DNA of 64,000 nt from Eledone cirrhosa. Taxonomy: Eukaryota. Under the pieces are notes generated by a model. It had not been told where the DNA came from, searched no databases, and saw only the letters and a program-made list of their open reading frames with translations. A program made the translations under genes and the position numbers. Positions 50,601-64,000 of the stretch are shown piece by piece; the stretch's first letter is position 1; the number at the start of each line of letters is the position of its first letter. Where the stretch lies: the NCBI GenBank assembly GCA_964016885.1, contig OZ024741.1:35836001-35900000 (forward strand). The letters are read 5' to 3'.

Positions 50601-51570
50601 GCTCAAACCATAAGTAAAGAACTTACATCAACAGACAATGAAAATGCATAACAGTAAGTTGTGTTATATTCTAAGTAGCAGAGAATTATTCAGTCCAGCT
50701 GAACTAATAAATAAACTGAGCACTAACTGAGGTCAGATATTTCAAGAGGCTACTCTAAATGATTCATCTACTTCTTCCAACAATTCTTCTTTTGAAGTAA
50801 TGACTATTATCTTTGAGAATCTACTCTTAATTTTACTCATTCTTAGACATAAACCTTAATCAACAGCTTTGTTTTATTTTTGTTTTCTCTGATTTGTATT
50901 CATATTTTTAATTGCATTTTTTTATAAGATTGTTGTAAGAATTATAGTTTAACCATTTTGCTACCAAACTGCCTTAAAACACCCCTGGATCTACAATACA
51001 AAACTGGTTGTTTTAAAGTATTTAGAATTATCTAAAAATATTCCATCATGATTCTATGTTAAATTATATTCCAAACACCAGCTTAACTCTTGCTGTATGA
51101 AACAGCGTTAGCAAGACACTTTTAAAAAGTATAAAACAGCACTATAACAACATAACATTACTCTAATACTGCAAATTTTCAACAATCTGTCCACTAATAA
51201 AGTTACTATAAACATTTAAATTAACAATGAGAGTCAACAATGAGAAAGTTGATTACTTTACTTAATCTCACCAAATTCTTGATTATTTTCAAAATTAATT
51301 GAAAACCATAGACAGTGTATTTCATTAGAAATATAACAAAAAAGTTAATACAAGAGCAACAAATCAGAAATGACTGTATAAACAATCAGACAAAAAAGTT
51401 ACACAATTACTTATATTTAGATATTTAGTCTTTAGTGGCAGTAGCACTGAAAAATTGAGAGAAGATTTAAACAAGATTCTACAAGGGATTCATTTCTGAA
51501 AATATTTTAAGTAGTCGAGTTAACTCTTTTTTTGAAAGCATGTTTCTAATTAAATACACTATCTCAATTA

Positions 51571-51737
51571 CCGTATTTCTAGGCGCCGAAGATGATTCGT
51601 CCTCAAGGGCGCACCCTAATTTTGACAACCAAAAATTTGAAAAAAATAATAAACAACCCTCGCCCTCCAGGACGCATGATAGATTTTTGAGACTTATTTT
51701 AGGAAAAAAGTAGCGTTTATGATGCCGGGAAATACGG
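51571..51737. mobile_element. Tc1/mariner-pogo-like MITE
   Basis: TA|CCGTATTTC...GAAATACGG|TA, with the TIR extending imperfectly; interrupts another repeat. Confidence 0.8.
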
Positions 51738-52459
51738 TAATTAATGAAGAATTATCATTTCATTTCTAAAATAGTAACTTAATATAGGGTTCTTATACAA
51801 ATTATGTTGGAAGTTTTTAATTCAAAAAGGAGCTCTTTAAAATGGTTGGTTTTGGGTGGGTTGGTATCAAAAGAATTAAAACAGATATGGCAACAAATTG
51901 GCAGAGTTGTTTCAGCATCAGATTAAATACTTTGCCCTATTTGTTCTGGCTCTTTGCACTATGAGTTCAAATACTGTTGAAGTCAACTTTGTTTTTTATT
52001 CTTCAAAGGCCAATAAATTAACTTCCAGGAGGGACATTGGTAAAATTGGTAGAGCATTCCGAATTCAAAATTCACGTGATCTACACCTTAGTTCGCCCAT
52101 TTGATACCAACCTGCCTAAAACTGCTTCTGGTTTTATGAAACAAAACTACCCACTTTAATGGGTTCCTGTTTAAATTCATATCTTCCAACATAATTTTAT
52201 ATAAACTTCTTTATATTACAAATACCATTTTAAAATTAAGTAATTATTAATTTTATAATAAACCCCTTTAAATGTTTCATTAATTAACAGTGTGTTTTAT
52301 TATAAATGTAATTATAAAAGAGTTAAGGTAGTGAATTGGCAGAATTGTTAAAGAATTGGATTAAATATTTAATGGTATTTGTTCTGGCCTTCTTTCATCC
52401 TTTCAGAACTGATAAATAAAGTACCTGTCCAGGGACAGTGGAATGGCAGAATTGTTTAA

Positions 52460-52678
52460 CCCTTTAGCATTTAAACCAGCCATACCCGGCCAGAATTCTC
52501 TCATCTCTTTCTGTTCAAACTGGCCATAACCGGCTGCTCATACTTATGTTAAGGTATTCTCAAAATAAATAATATCAAAATCTCACAGACTCAATATTAT
52601 GTGAGATAATTATGTGAGGTAAAGTGTTTACTGTGAAAATACAATAGTAAATATAGAATGATATAAATACTAAAAGGG
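52460..52678. mobile_element. Family A TTAA MITE inserted in a SINE head
   Basis: TIRs and TTAA; flanks rejoin as TGGCAGAATTGTTTAA-GCAACAGACAAAATGC. Confidence 0.85.
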
Positions 52679-54945
52679 TTAAGCAACAGACAAAATGCTT
52701 TGCATTTCTTTGTGTCCTGAGTTCAAATTCTTCACCCTGTACATATACAAAAAGTAAAGGTACACTCTGGAAAGAGTGTGCCATGAAGACAAAGTTAAAG
52801 CACAACAGTATGACTATCATTGGCTATCTGTTGCAGTATAACCAATACAATTAAGAGGGATTTTTAAAAAACAGCAACAAAAACAGCTTTTTGAAATTTC
52901 AAAAAGCAGCTGATGCAAACGAACTAAATAAGAGATGTGTGTTTTTCTTTTTTTCTTTTTTAGTAGAAAACAAACACAAAACAAACAAAAATTGACAGTT
53001 GAAAAGTATTTGAACTATTTTTTCTGTAAAAGTCTTCAATTAAAATGACTTGATTGTGTCACTGTGTCATTTTTATATATTATTCATTTGTTTATATAAT
53101 AATAATAGTGTTGGTTTTGATTTAAAAGTTACAATAAAATGAACCTAGATAATAATTAGTGGTGGCTGGTAGGTAACACTAGATATGTGACCAACAATAT
53201 GTTTGCTTGTTAAATGGAAAAGGTGGATCAGACTTGGCAATGGTGAATAAAGTGAGGCACACATGGAAGAAGTTCTGGGAACTGCTGAGGAGGGAGAGTG
53301 CCACTGAAACTGAAGGGATGATGCATGGGTGAGAAGTACCATGATTTATGGGAGCAAGCTGTAGGTGATGAATGTGGAGCAACAGAGAAGGTTGGAAAGA
53401 ACAGAAATGAGTATGGTCTGGTGGAGTATCGTGGAAGGAAAAGACAACAAATAAAGAAATACAGAGTATGGTAGTGATAAATGTGTAGAGAAAAGGTTGA
53501 GGAAGGATGAAAGTAATTGCAGGAGAGGAGTAATTGAAATGAGTGTGAAAAGAAGTAGAGAAAGCATAAGACCCAGAGAACATGGATACAGAAAATAGAG
53601 GAGAAAATGAAGGTTGGAGATTGGTAAGAGAGGATACAGACCATAAGGTAAAATGGAAAAATTGTCCTGAGACATACAAGGTTAACTACTGTTTTAGTAT
53701 AGAATATGACCTTAAAATGCTTGTTGTATTGTTGTCATTACCAACTGCAGTTTTCAAGCTAGTTGGGTATTACATGAAATATGAGCATTAATGGAATGTT
53801 TGCACTAATTATATAAAGACCAGCATGAATGCCCTGCATTTACACAAAACATTCAAGTAATTGGCTGACGTATTTGCTTTGGTTTACTAAGCAAACAACC
53901 ACAACTAAACAAAACAAAATGAAGCTATTTAACAAGACTGGGGCTTTATATAGAGAGAGTGGTACATACACTCCCTTGTAACCAAATGTAAATATATTCA
54001 ACTGAAACATATACATGCAGATTTTATTTAAATTCTCAGTATTTTTATCATTCAAACCTTAATTTAAATTCAACGCACTTTTATGATTTAAATAAACAGA
54101 ATTCTGAATCATGCTGTGTTAATGTTATCACTAATTAATACTAGCTGGTCAAGCTTGCATTATATGTAAAAAAGCCTTCACAAAATCTATAAGATGATTT
54201 TGTTTTTCAAACAGCAGCATCTAGGTATAAGTAAACAAGGGCTGGTAAACTGCAATGATTTTGAAATGCAAACATCTAACACTCATACCCCAATGTTGAG
54301 GGAGCTGTGACATGAACATAGCTTAAAATATTCACAGCAAAATTAAATGCCTGTTTCATATATGTAAACATATTGCATAGAGATTCATATACACCTTTAT
54401 AAATAGTAATATTTGAATAATGTTAAGAAAAATATACAAAGTATGACTGTGTCGTTAAAAAGTTTGCTTTGTAGCCACATTGTTTTGGGGTTCAGTCTCA
54501 CTATGCAGTACCTTAGCCAAGTGTTTGTTACCATAGCTTCAGCTAGACCAAAGCCTAGTGAACAAAATTTGATAGACATAGAACACCAGCATCTATATAT
54601 AATACATGCTAGCATAGAAAGTGGATGTTAAACGATAATGATGATGATTATATATAGTTGCTTATTCTAGTAAGCCACGCAACCACATTGTAGCTTTTGA
54701 AGTTTTCTCATTAATATGATATGTAGTAAATAGTTAAATCCAATGTATGATGTGATACAGTTGTGATAAAATCTTAAAAAGTTAACCCTTTCAATACCAT
54801 ATTTCTAATGAAAGACAGTACCTAACATTCTCAAATCATTTTGAAGATAAAGAAGTTGAAAGGATTTAATAATAGAACTAACTTTCTCATAATTATGTTA
54901 GTAATTATTTTGGAACATAAAAGTTCTTAAAATTATAATGGATGG

Positions 54946-54981
<36 letters not shown>

Positions 54982-56542
54982 ACTTTAAAAGAAACAGCTT
55001 TGTATCATACAACCAGGAGCAGTTTCAAGTGGTTGGGTATCAAAAGACTTAAACTACTTTGATGAAATGATGGTTTAAAACCAGATGGAATGAGCCTAAC
55101 TTTGCTGAATACTCTGCTGTGTGGTTATCATCAACATCTAAAGGAATGTGATCAAAATCACTGATGAACATAAACATTCTCACTAAACATAGGGGGATGG
55201 ATTGGCAAAATTGTTGAAGAATTAGATGAGATGCTTAGTAATATTTGTTGGAGCTCTTTCTGAGTTCAAATACTGCTGTGACCTACTAGGGTGGTAGACC
55301 TAATCTGTCACCTAGTTTAACTCAACACCTAGCCCTTAGGTACCTTTAGCTGAACCCACTCTGTTATAACCATTCAAACAAAGTCTCTGGGTTTAGGACA
55401 TCTTCCTCCCTACCTCCAACTAACCCAAAAGGTCCTGAAAAGGATCATGGTAAATGGTAAAAAAAAAAGGAAAACCTAGATCGTCTGCTATTCCTTCTAC
55501 TGTAAATTGTTCCTGCTATTTTAACTGTACTATATAATAGAATGTACGGTATATTCTAGTATGATTACCATTTAATCTAATATCAGACACATTCTGGTAT
55601 AATTGCTATAATGCAGGCAGCAATTGGCAGAGTCATTAGAACATTGACTAGAATGCTTTGTGGTATGCGTTCTGGCTCTGTACCCAAATTCAAATGTCAC
55701 TGATGTTTACTCTGCCTTTCAACCTCCCATGGTCAGTAAATAAAGTAGCAGTCGAATACAGGACTCCAGTCTTCCTCCATCTCTCTTTCTCTCACAAGCT
55801 CTCTTTCTCCTGAAAACAATAGCTGTCTTCAAACTATGCCATTCATCAAGATGGTGCTTCTAAGACTCCACTATGAGTTTAGGATCCAAGGATAAAATTT
55901 CTAATGCAGTCATTTGGCAAGTTAGACATGGCCTGGGCTAACACTGGCCAAAACCTATCAAAGTTATATTTTTGTGTGTGTATCTTGACGTGAGCACATT
56001 ATATATATATAGTGACAAAACATAAGTCAATTGCATGAACTCATAATCCTTTATTTACTGCTATATATATTTTGATGATAGCCATTGAATGGCTATGACC
56101 TCATCAGGCAGTTAGTCAGTTCTTAGATATGCCAGCTCTGTGTTTATGGTGTTGATGGTATCAGAGCCTTGGGACATTCATACAGTATTCCTTATATATA
56201 TATATATATATATATAAGGAATACTGGATATATAAGCAATCATACAAACTTTGTTTTGATAATGGTTTGTGTAAAAGAAAACCTATAGTTTATGTTGATT
56301 ACTCACAGAAAGAAGTGATTAAAAATACGAAATATATTTTAATCATTTATTTCTAGGATATATAGATGTTCAGCACATATGTACAGATGACATACACATA
56401 CAGGATTAAATGCATGAGCAACTTTGGAGAAAAATATATATTTTACAGGAATAAACTCAGGACCTTGTAATTGGAAAGCAACATGACTGAGACAGGAAAT
56501 CCATTCTGTGCATGTGTGTGTGAGTGTGTGTACAAATTTTAA

Positions 56543-56762
56543 CTCTTTAATGTTTAAACCGGCAAAAACCGACCAGAATTCTCTACCTCTTTCTGTTGAA
56601 ACTGGCTGTAACTGGTTGCTCAAACTGATGTTAAGGTATTGTTCTCAAAATAAATACTTTCAGAATCTCATAGATTCGATATTATGTGAGATAATTATGC
56701 AAGGTAAAGCCTTTACCATGAACATATAATAGTATATATAGAGTAAAGTGAATGCTAAAGGG
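56543..56762. mobile_element. Family A TTAA MITE
   Basis: Homologous body, TTAA flanks, slightly decayed TIR. Confidence 0.8.
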
Positions 56763-57321
56763 TTAAAGAATTACAGACAAAGATATATATAAATAAATAT
56801 ACAAACACACATGGTGTACAATTATGGTTGATAGTGTAACAAAAGGTTTAAGGGGTTAATTCACAAAACAACCATAATACAACTTAGAAAACAAATTTAA
56901 ATGGTATTTCTTGCTATATGTATAGACTATTGAAACAGTTTTGATGCTATAACCTTTCTTAAAAGTCAGTTTTATTTAAGAGTAGGACTGTGCCATAAAT
57001 ATGTAACACATAGCATCACAACCTTGGCTTTTTGTTTAAACAGCTGGAATGTTTCTCTCTGCCCAGCATGTGTGTGTGCGTATGTGTGAGCACATGCTAA
57101 TCATTTGATTTACTGTATAAACAATAATACTGTGAAATACCATACAGTTTTTAACCTATGAAGCAACCACCATAAAGACTATGTCCAACCAGCCAACCAG
57201 CCTTGACAAATACAACAGATACTATTTTTATACCAACAGCCCTGGTTTATATTTACATAACTGTAAGGGAGCAGTTTGTGTAATAACCTTTTACATATTT
57301 CATATATATATATATATCTAA

Positions 57322-57552
57322 CCCCTTTGATATCAAGCCTCCTGAAACCACCCCTGGTTCTATAATACTAAGTTGGTTATTTTAAAATGTTTATAATTAC
57401 CTAAAAACCTTCCATCATCATTTTATGTGAGAACTTCTGTTACGTTCCAAACACTGTCTTTAACAATGGAAAAGTTAGGTATAAAATCAAATTCTTGATT
57501 ATTTTCAAAATTATTTGAACATCATATCACGGGAAATATAGTAATGAAAGGG
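57322..57552. mobile_element. Older TTAA-flanked MITE (family B), representative of 10 or more decayed copies
   Basis: CCC.TTTGATA.CA...GTAATGAAAGGG|TTAA; related copies near 548, 1503, 9789, 26670, 27055, 40345, 44215, 47210, 50950, 52100, 54783, 63080. Confidence 0.7.
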
Positions 57553-58279
57553 TTAAAATTTAAAGATTTGGAGATTATATATATGTATAACATTTGGAGA
57601 TAACACTACCATCATCATTAATTGTCTGTTTCCCTGCTAGCAAGGGATGAACAGGTCATCACAGATCAGGCCAGTACTCAAGCAGAGCTATTGACCACCA
57701 ATGTTCCTGGGCTCTACTGAGTGCATTTTATCATGACACCAGCACTAAGGAAATTGCCATGTCTTTGACACAACTGAGAACTCCTCCTAACCCTTTGTTT
57801 GACAGATTTTCTATAGCTTGATGTCTTTTGTATCTACCGATCACTTTAAAGAGCATACTATCTGCATATATCATGTAGATCTCCAATACTGGGAAGGTTG
57901 TCATGTCTTTGACACCCCCGAAGAGTCCTAACATGTGTAATTTGTATATTTGGAATAGTGACAACAACCACCATATACCAGCCACCAGCAAACAGACAAA
58001 TAAAGTCAAGTTTCAAGGTAAATGATGGTCTGACTATATATCCCACAGTGTGGCACAAAAGCCTTGTGGCTGTAAATGCAACTATATTGTCAAAATATAT
58101 CGTAACTGTACCGTCTTTATACTCATCTATCTCGCAAACCTTAAGATCCATCAAAAGCATTCTAAAATTATTTTAAATTTAAGATTTGTTCTAAAGACAA
58201 ATTCATTCTATCTCTCTATCTATCTATCTATCTATGCGTGCGTGCGTGCGTGCGTGCGTGTGTATATACCTATACACGA

Positions 58280-58775
58280 AGGATGACAGCTGCATAAAAA
58301 GGTGCAGAGCACTAGAAGTCAATGGAAACTGCGGAGTGGGGAGACCCAAGAAGACCTGGGATGAGGTGATAAAAGCTGACCTTACCCAATTACACCTCTC
58401 AAAGGCGATGACACACGACCGTGACCTCTGGCGTCACGCAGTAATACAGAGTACCCGACCTCCCATGGGTACAAGCTGAAGCATATAGACAATATGCCCC
58501 CACACCCTCCCACTGCAAGGTGGTTGTGGAGGTGCCACGGCAAAAAAGCACCCAGTCCACACTGTAAAGTGGACATGTAGGCGCCACGGAAAAGCACCCA
58601 GCACTCACTGTAAATGAGGTTGGTGTTAGGAAGGGCATCCAGCTGTAGAAATCAAGCCAAATCAGTTTCTGTATGAGCAAGGCATGGTCAGCCGACCAGA
58701 CATTGCCCACAACAGGACAACCCGTCTAACCCATGCTAGCGTGGAAGAACGGATGTAAAACAGTGATGATGATGA
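58280..58775 (+). mobile_element. RTE LINE 3' end
   Basis: DDSCIKRCRALEVNG..GVGRPKKTWDEVIKADL; 3' UTR with tail motif and (GAT)n. Confidence 0.8.
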
Positions 58776-59374
58776 CACATGCGCATATATATATATGTGG
58801 TTGGTGTTAGGAAGGGCATCCAGCCGTAGAAAACTTGCCAGATAGTCCTATATGAGCGAGACACGGTCACCCGACCAACCTTGCTTCAAGTGGGACAACT
58901 CCCGTCTAACCCATACTAGCGTGGAAAATGGAGGTTAAACGAAGATGATGATGATGATATATATATCATCATCACCGTTTTACGTCTGTTCTTCCATGCT
59001 AGCATGGGTCAGACGGGTTGTCCTGTTGTGGGCAATGCCAGGTCAGGTGACCATGTCTTGCTCATACGGGAACTGATTCTGGCTTGATTTCTACAGCTGG
59101 ATGCCCTTCCTAACACCAAACTCATTTTACATTGGGTGCTTTTTTTCCTTGGCGCCTACACGTCCACTTTACAGTGTGAGCTGGGTACCTTTATATATAT
59201 ATATATAATGTGAGTAAGAGATAGTGTACTGGATGCATTTTGTTGTAGCACCAGTGCTATGTAAAATATAGGCTATCTAGTAGTAAAAATCATGCCAAAG
59301 ATGGAACTATGACCAGTCTAGTCTCAGACCATTCTAATCTGGTCCAACTCATGCAAGCATGGAAAATGTATGTA

Positions 59375-60575
59375 ATCATCATCATCATCGTCGTTTAACG
59401 TCCATTTTCCACGCTAGCATGAGTCTGGACGGGAATTGTCCCACTTGAGGCAAGATTGGTTGTCTTGCTCAGGACTGTCTGGCAGGTTTTCTACGGTTGG
59501 ATGCCCTTCCTAACACCAACCACGTTTACAGTGTGGTCTGGGAGGTTTTTACCGTGTTACCTACATGGCCACATTACAGCATGGACTGTGTGTTTTATTG
59601 TTGTGATACCTACATGTCTGGCGGGTTTTCTACGGCTGGGTGCCCTTCCCAACGCCAACCACGTTTACAGTATGTACTGGAAGGTTTTTACCGTGTTACC
59701 TACACGGCCACATTACAGCGTGGACTGTGTGTTTTTTTTGTCGTGACACCTACACAACCTCATTTGTTTCGGACTGGATGTTGTGGTACCAACATAACTT
59801 CACATTTAAGGGGGTGGTGTGGATGGGGTGGGGGTAGTGGGACGGGTATGTATTTTGTTAGAGGTGCCTATTGACTGTAGGTTTCGCTTTGTACTTAGGC
59901 AAGGCGGGTCTTCTGTATAACTGTGTAGCGCCAAAGATCTCAGTCCAGTGACATTGTCTTGGAGAGGTGTAAGTGTGTGAGGTCCAAATTTATCAAGTCG
60001 TCCCAGGTTTTTCTGGGTTTGCCTACTCCGTGGCTACCGTCTATGTTTATCGCCCTGCACTTTTTTATACAGCTGTCGTCTTTCATGCGCATCACGTGAC
60101 CGTACCAACGTAGTCTTCTCTCGAGTAAACAACATCTGATCCCTCTTATTCCTAATTTCTCCCTTAGTTCGTTTATGCTTTGCCGTTCACGTATATTACT
60201 ATTACACATCCAGCGGAGCATGCAAGCTTCGTTCCTCTCCAGTCTACGTATATCCTCTGCACACAATTCCCAGGTCTCACTGCCATGTAACATTGCTGTT
60301 CGTATGCAGGCATCATACAACCTGCCTTTCATTTTTAGAGAGAACCCTTTAGCGGCCAATAGTGGTATAAGCTCTCTGAACTTTTTCCATCCCGTTCTGA
60401 CTCTAGCTACTGTACTTTCAGAGCACCCTCTCCCACTGCTGATTTTGTCACCCAGGTAATGGAAGCTATCCACTATTTCTATAGAACCATCTGTGCAATG
60501 GAATGTGCTAGTATTCTGTGGGCACTTGCTGCTACTTATTGCACCAGAGCTCCGGCCACATATAAAATCTATGTA
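59375..60575 (-). mobile_element. 5'-truncated RTE LINE, same family as 20471-21622
   Basis: ORF 59940-60473 is nearly identical in protein; the 3' UTR block is duplicated; (ATC)n tail at about 59375-59392. Confidence 0.9.
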
Positions 60576-60860
60576 AAATGACGATTATATATATATATAT
60601 ATATATAATTAGATTATAATCTAGCTTAGTTAAAGTTTTCTGATGTAACTAAATAATAATATATATGTATATATATATATAATCAGTTACAACAGTGACA
60701 TATGCAGGTACTTAAGATTCGTTGGGATTTTACTCATCATGAGTTGGCATAAAAACCAAATGAAACTTAAGTATCTGCATATGTAACTGATTATACATAA
60801 CTCATACCATGAACTGAGTGCTCTAAATCCTTGGATATTTATACCAAGTTTGTACTACAT

Positions 60861-60935
<75 letters not shown>

Positions 60936-63900
60936 GATTATATCATTAGCCGCTGATTTCTGTCCTTTGAGGTAAATTTTACCAGACGCTGTCATTGGTG
61001 GCATTTTGCTGTTTTAGTAGCTTCCTTGCATTGAGTTCTTCTCAGTATTCTACAAATTCTTATACACTCATGCCCCAACTTGATCTTCAAGATAACTTTG
61101 TTGGTGCATATATATATATATATAATTAGATTATAATCTAGCTTAGTTAAAGTTTTCTGATGTAACCAAATAATAATTATACCATCTCTAAATCAATGGG
61201 CTATGTACTAAGAATATAAGTATTTACAGATGAACAGAGACAAAGAAATTGTCTATATCAGACAATGAAATGTATAGACAGTCAATCATCCATATATAAT
61301 GAAAGCTAGGTGGTTACAAAAGATATTTTATTACATTGAAAAAAAAAAATATTATAATCTTAGTAATCTATTTCTAAATATTAGATACTCAGTATAAAAT
61401 GATAAATAATTAGTTATTTATAAGTGATTAAAAATGAAGGCAATAACTGGAAATATACAACTTTGACAAGTTGATAACAAGATAGTTGATGTTCTAAAAT
61501 TGTCTCATCGAACATTCTGGTATGTTAAAACTAATCTAACCCATGCTAGCATGGAAATAATGAATGGACGTTAAATGATGATGATAAGTGTAATTACACA
61601 GTTTAAAATAAAGATAATGGTCTTTGTCTCTTTTACTGTTTAGTTGTAGATGGTGAGGATGAGCAGTGCCCAAAACCCTTTTCAGAGCTTTCAAAATTAG
61701 AGGGGGGGGGGGGTATCTTCAAACCAAAAATCTTGTCCAAATGCTTGCAACAGAGTGGACTCCACTGAAGGTACCAAAGAGTGAGGTGATGGTGTTAAAC
61801 AAGGCAACAGATTAAGTCTACCAAGCAATGGATTAAGTATACCAGCTATGATCTTACACAGGTTGTTGTTGTTGCTGTTTAGCTCCAGGCTGGCCTAGTG
61901 GAGCAAAAATCAATTGAAAAAGAGAATCAGAAATAAAGGTTCTTTACAGATTTAATGATGATGATGGATTCTCTATTGGTTTTAATGAGGAGCAATCAAT
62001 ACTTTGATCAACTGAACATCTGACTCATGAATTAACATGTAAGTGGTTGGATATTCCAAAGACAATGTAATTCTCTAGTAGAATCAGCATGATACAATGT
62101 GTGACAAGGCCAGACCTTTGAATTACAGGTATAGTCCATCCAATAGATTTCAGTCTACCCAATTTCACTCACAAGACTTGGGCCAACTCACCGAAAATAC
62201 ACTCACCGAAGATAGGACACATCAGGATTAAACTCCAGACCTTATGATTGCAAATAGCACTTCTTAACCATTCAGCTAGGCTGCGTCCACTGACAGATTT
62301 ATATCCATGTTTTCAGGTGTTTTGACTCTCAAAATACCTGAAAACTGTAGCTTTTATTTTGGTTTTTGTTTTGACTTTTTAGTTTTTATTTGACATACAC
62401 ACAGAATGTTTGCCATATTTCATACAAAGCTGTCAATTTATACTGTAAGCTTATTATCAGGCTATGGACAGAAGAGGAAACAAAGATATTTATCTTGGCT
62501 GAAAATGTTTCCCTTTATGACAGGAAACTCTAAGGAGACATCACCAGATTTCAAGTGGAAAATGGGAAAATGTCCCCAACCTCACCCTCAAGAGAGATAG
62601 ACACTTATAGTGCTGTGAGGGAAAATAATAACCACAGAGAGAGTGGGGAGAAAGAGAGATGATTGGAGCGCTCTGCAGAAAGCAACATTGAAGAAACAGT
62701 AAATGAGCAACTGTATAAAGTATTTTGTACAAGATGCCACACAGTGAGATCAAACCCAAAGCCTTATGATTGCAAAGCAAACTTCTTAACCACTCAGCCA
62801 TGCTGTGCCTAAAGATTTAAACACAGAGATTGGCTAAATCCATTCATTCTAATATGGAAAATTAAAATAATAAATGGATGCAAACTTCATGAAAGTAAAC
62901 AAGATTAAATAGCATAGCAAAACAGAAATCAATCCTTACCAAAGAAAGATTTAACTGGCAAACAAATATTTATTTATATTTCTATTTTCTTAAAATTTAA
63001 TCTTCCATAAAAAAATTATATCATTTATGATAGAAAACTTTTTATTTTCTAAAAATCATAATAAAAGACTTTGTAATTTTTAAACCCTTTCATTAACATA
63101 TTTCCAATGAAAGATACTGCCTACGGTTTCCAAATCATCTTGAAGAAATAAAGAATTTGGAGAGAATTACTAAAATAACTTCCTCATTATTAACTCTTAA
63201 CATGAAGCAACATCATTAGCAAGACATTCTTGAAAAATATAAAACAACATTGCCTGCATTACATTAAAAATTCAATACTGCAAACTTTTACAAAGATCGA
63301 GTATAAAGTTATTATAAAAATTTAAATTAACAAACCTGTTTTTAGATATTTTCTGCTAAATCATTAGAGAATGTTATGAGCTAAGCTGGTGTTTGGTACA
63401 TAACAAATAAGTTCTTACATAAAATTATGATGGAAGAACAAACAGGGGTGGTTTCAGGTGGTTTGATATCAAAAGGGTTAATCTTCAACTGTAGAAACAA
63501 GAATAAAATGGATCTCCGTCGGTTTCAATGATGAGTGTTCCAGTTGTTTGATCTATGGATAAGCCTGCTCATGAAATTAACATGTAAGTGGCTGAGCATT
63601 CCACAGACACATGAACTCTTAATATAATTCTCAGTGATTCAGTATGACACAATGAGTAACAAGGCAAGCCCTTTAAATCATAGGAACACTCAATCCTGTA
63701 TTATCAGAATATGTGGCTGTGTATTCCACAGATGTTTACTCTTGATGTAATTCTCAGGGATGACCTTTCAACAATCTAGTATCCAGTCTTGTACACTGTC
63801 ATTTAATGTCACATGAACAGATTAACTTTACTGAACTATGGAATTCCATCTTGTACTTTTGGTTACTTAACACCACGTGGAACTGGGATAAGCTTCAGCA

Positions 63901-64000
63901 TGATGGACATTCTGGGCTCCAGAAAGACTTACACTATCCAGTTTTAAGCTGATAGGATGTGGGTCAGAGAGAATATATGTCATTTAGATGATATGTCTAG

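Noticed and set aside
57858-58160. 100-aa minus-strand ORF
   Set aside because: No recognisable domain; runs into repeat-derived sequence

Overview
AT-rich, repeat-saturated animal DNA, probably intronic or intergenic. The microsatellite load and SINE/RTE repertoire resemble a coleoid cephalopod such as Octopus (inference only). I found no supportable host gene; every convincing ORF belongs to a transposable element. Main elements: (1) a 5'-truncated CR1/L2-group LINE on the minus strand (about 9936-13228) whose ORF1/ORF2 overlap begins at an in-phase U_UUU_UUA heptamer, suggesting -1 ribosomal frameshifting; (2) a Penelope-like element with an uninterrupted RT + GIY-YIG ORF, Naiad-like traits, a minimal hammerhead ribozyme in its 3' region and (AT)n flanks (16249-20121, 5' end lost in a 200-N gap); (3) a young full-length Ty3/Gypsy LTR retrotransposon (34812-40267) with TG...TA LTRs differing at one site and a G_GGA_AAC frameshift signal; (4) RTE-clade LINE 3' fragments, one with a PHD-like finger, plus tRNA-derived SINEs sharing the RTE tail; (5) two non-autonomous Helitrons and several MITE families (TTAA, TA and hAT-type), often nested; (6) several decayed hammerhead-like motifs. 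All alignments and folds were done by eye, and boundaries of decayed repeats are approximate.
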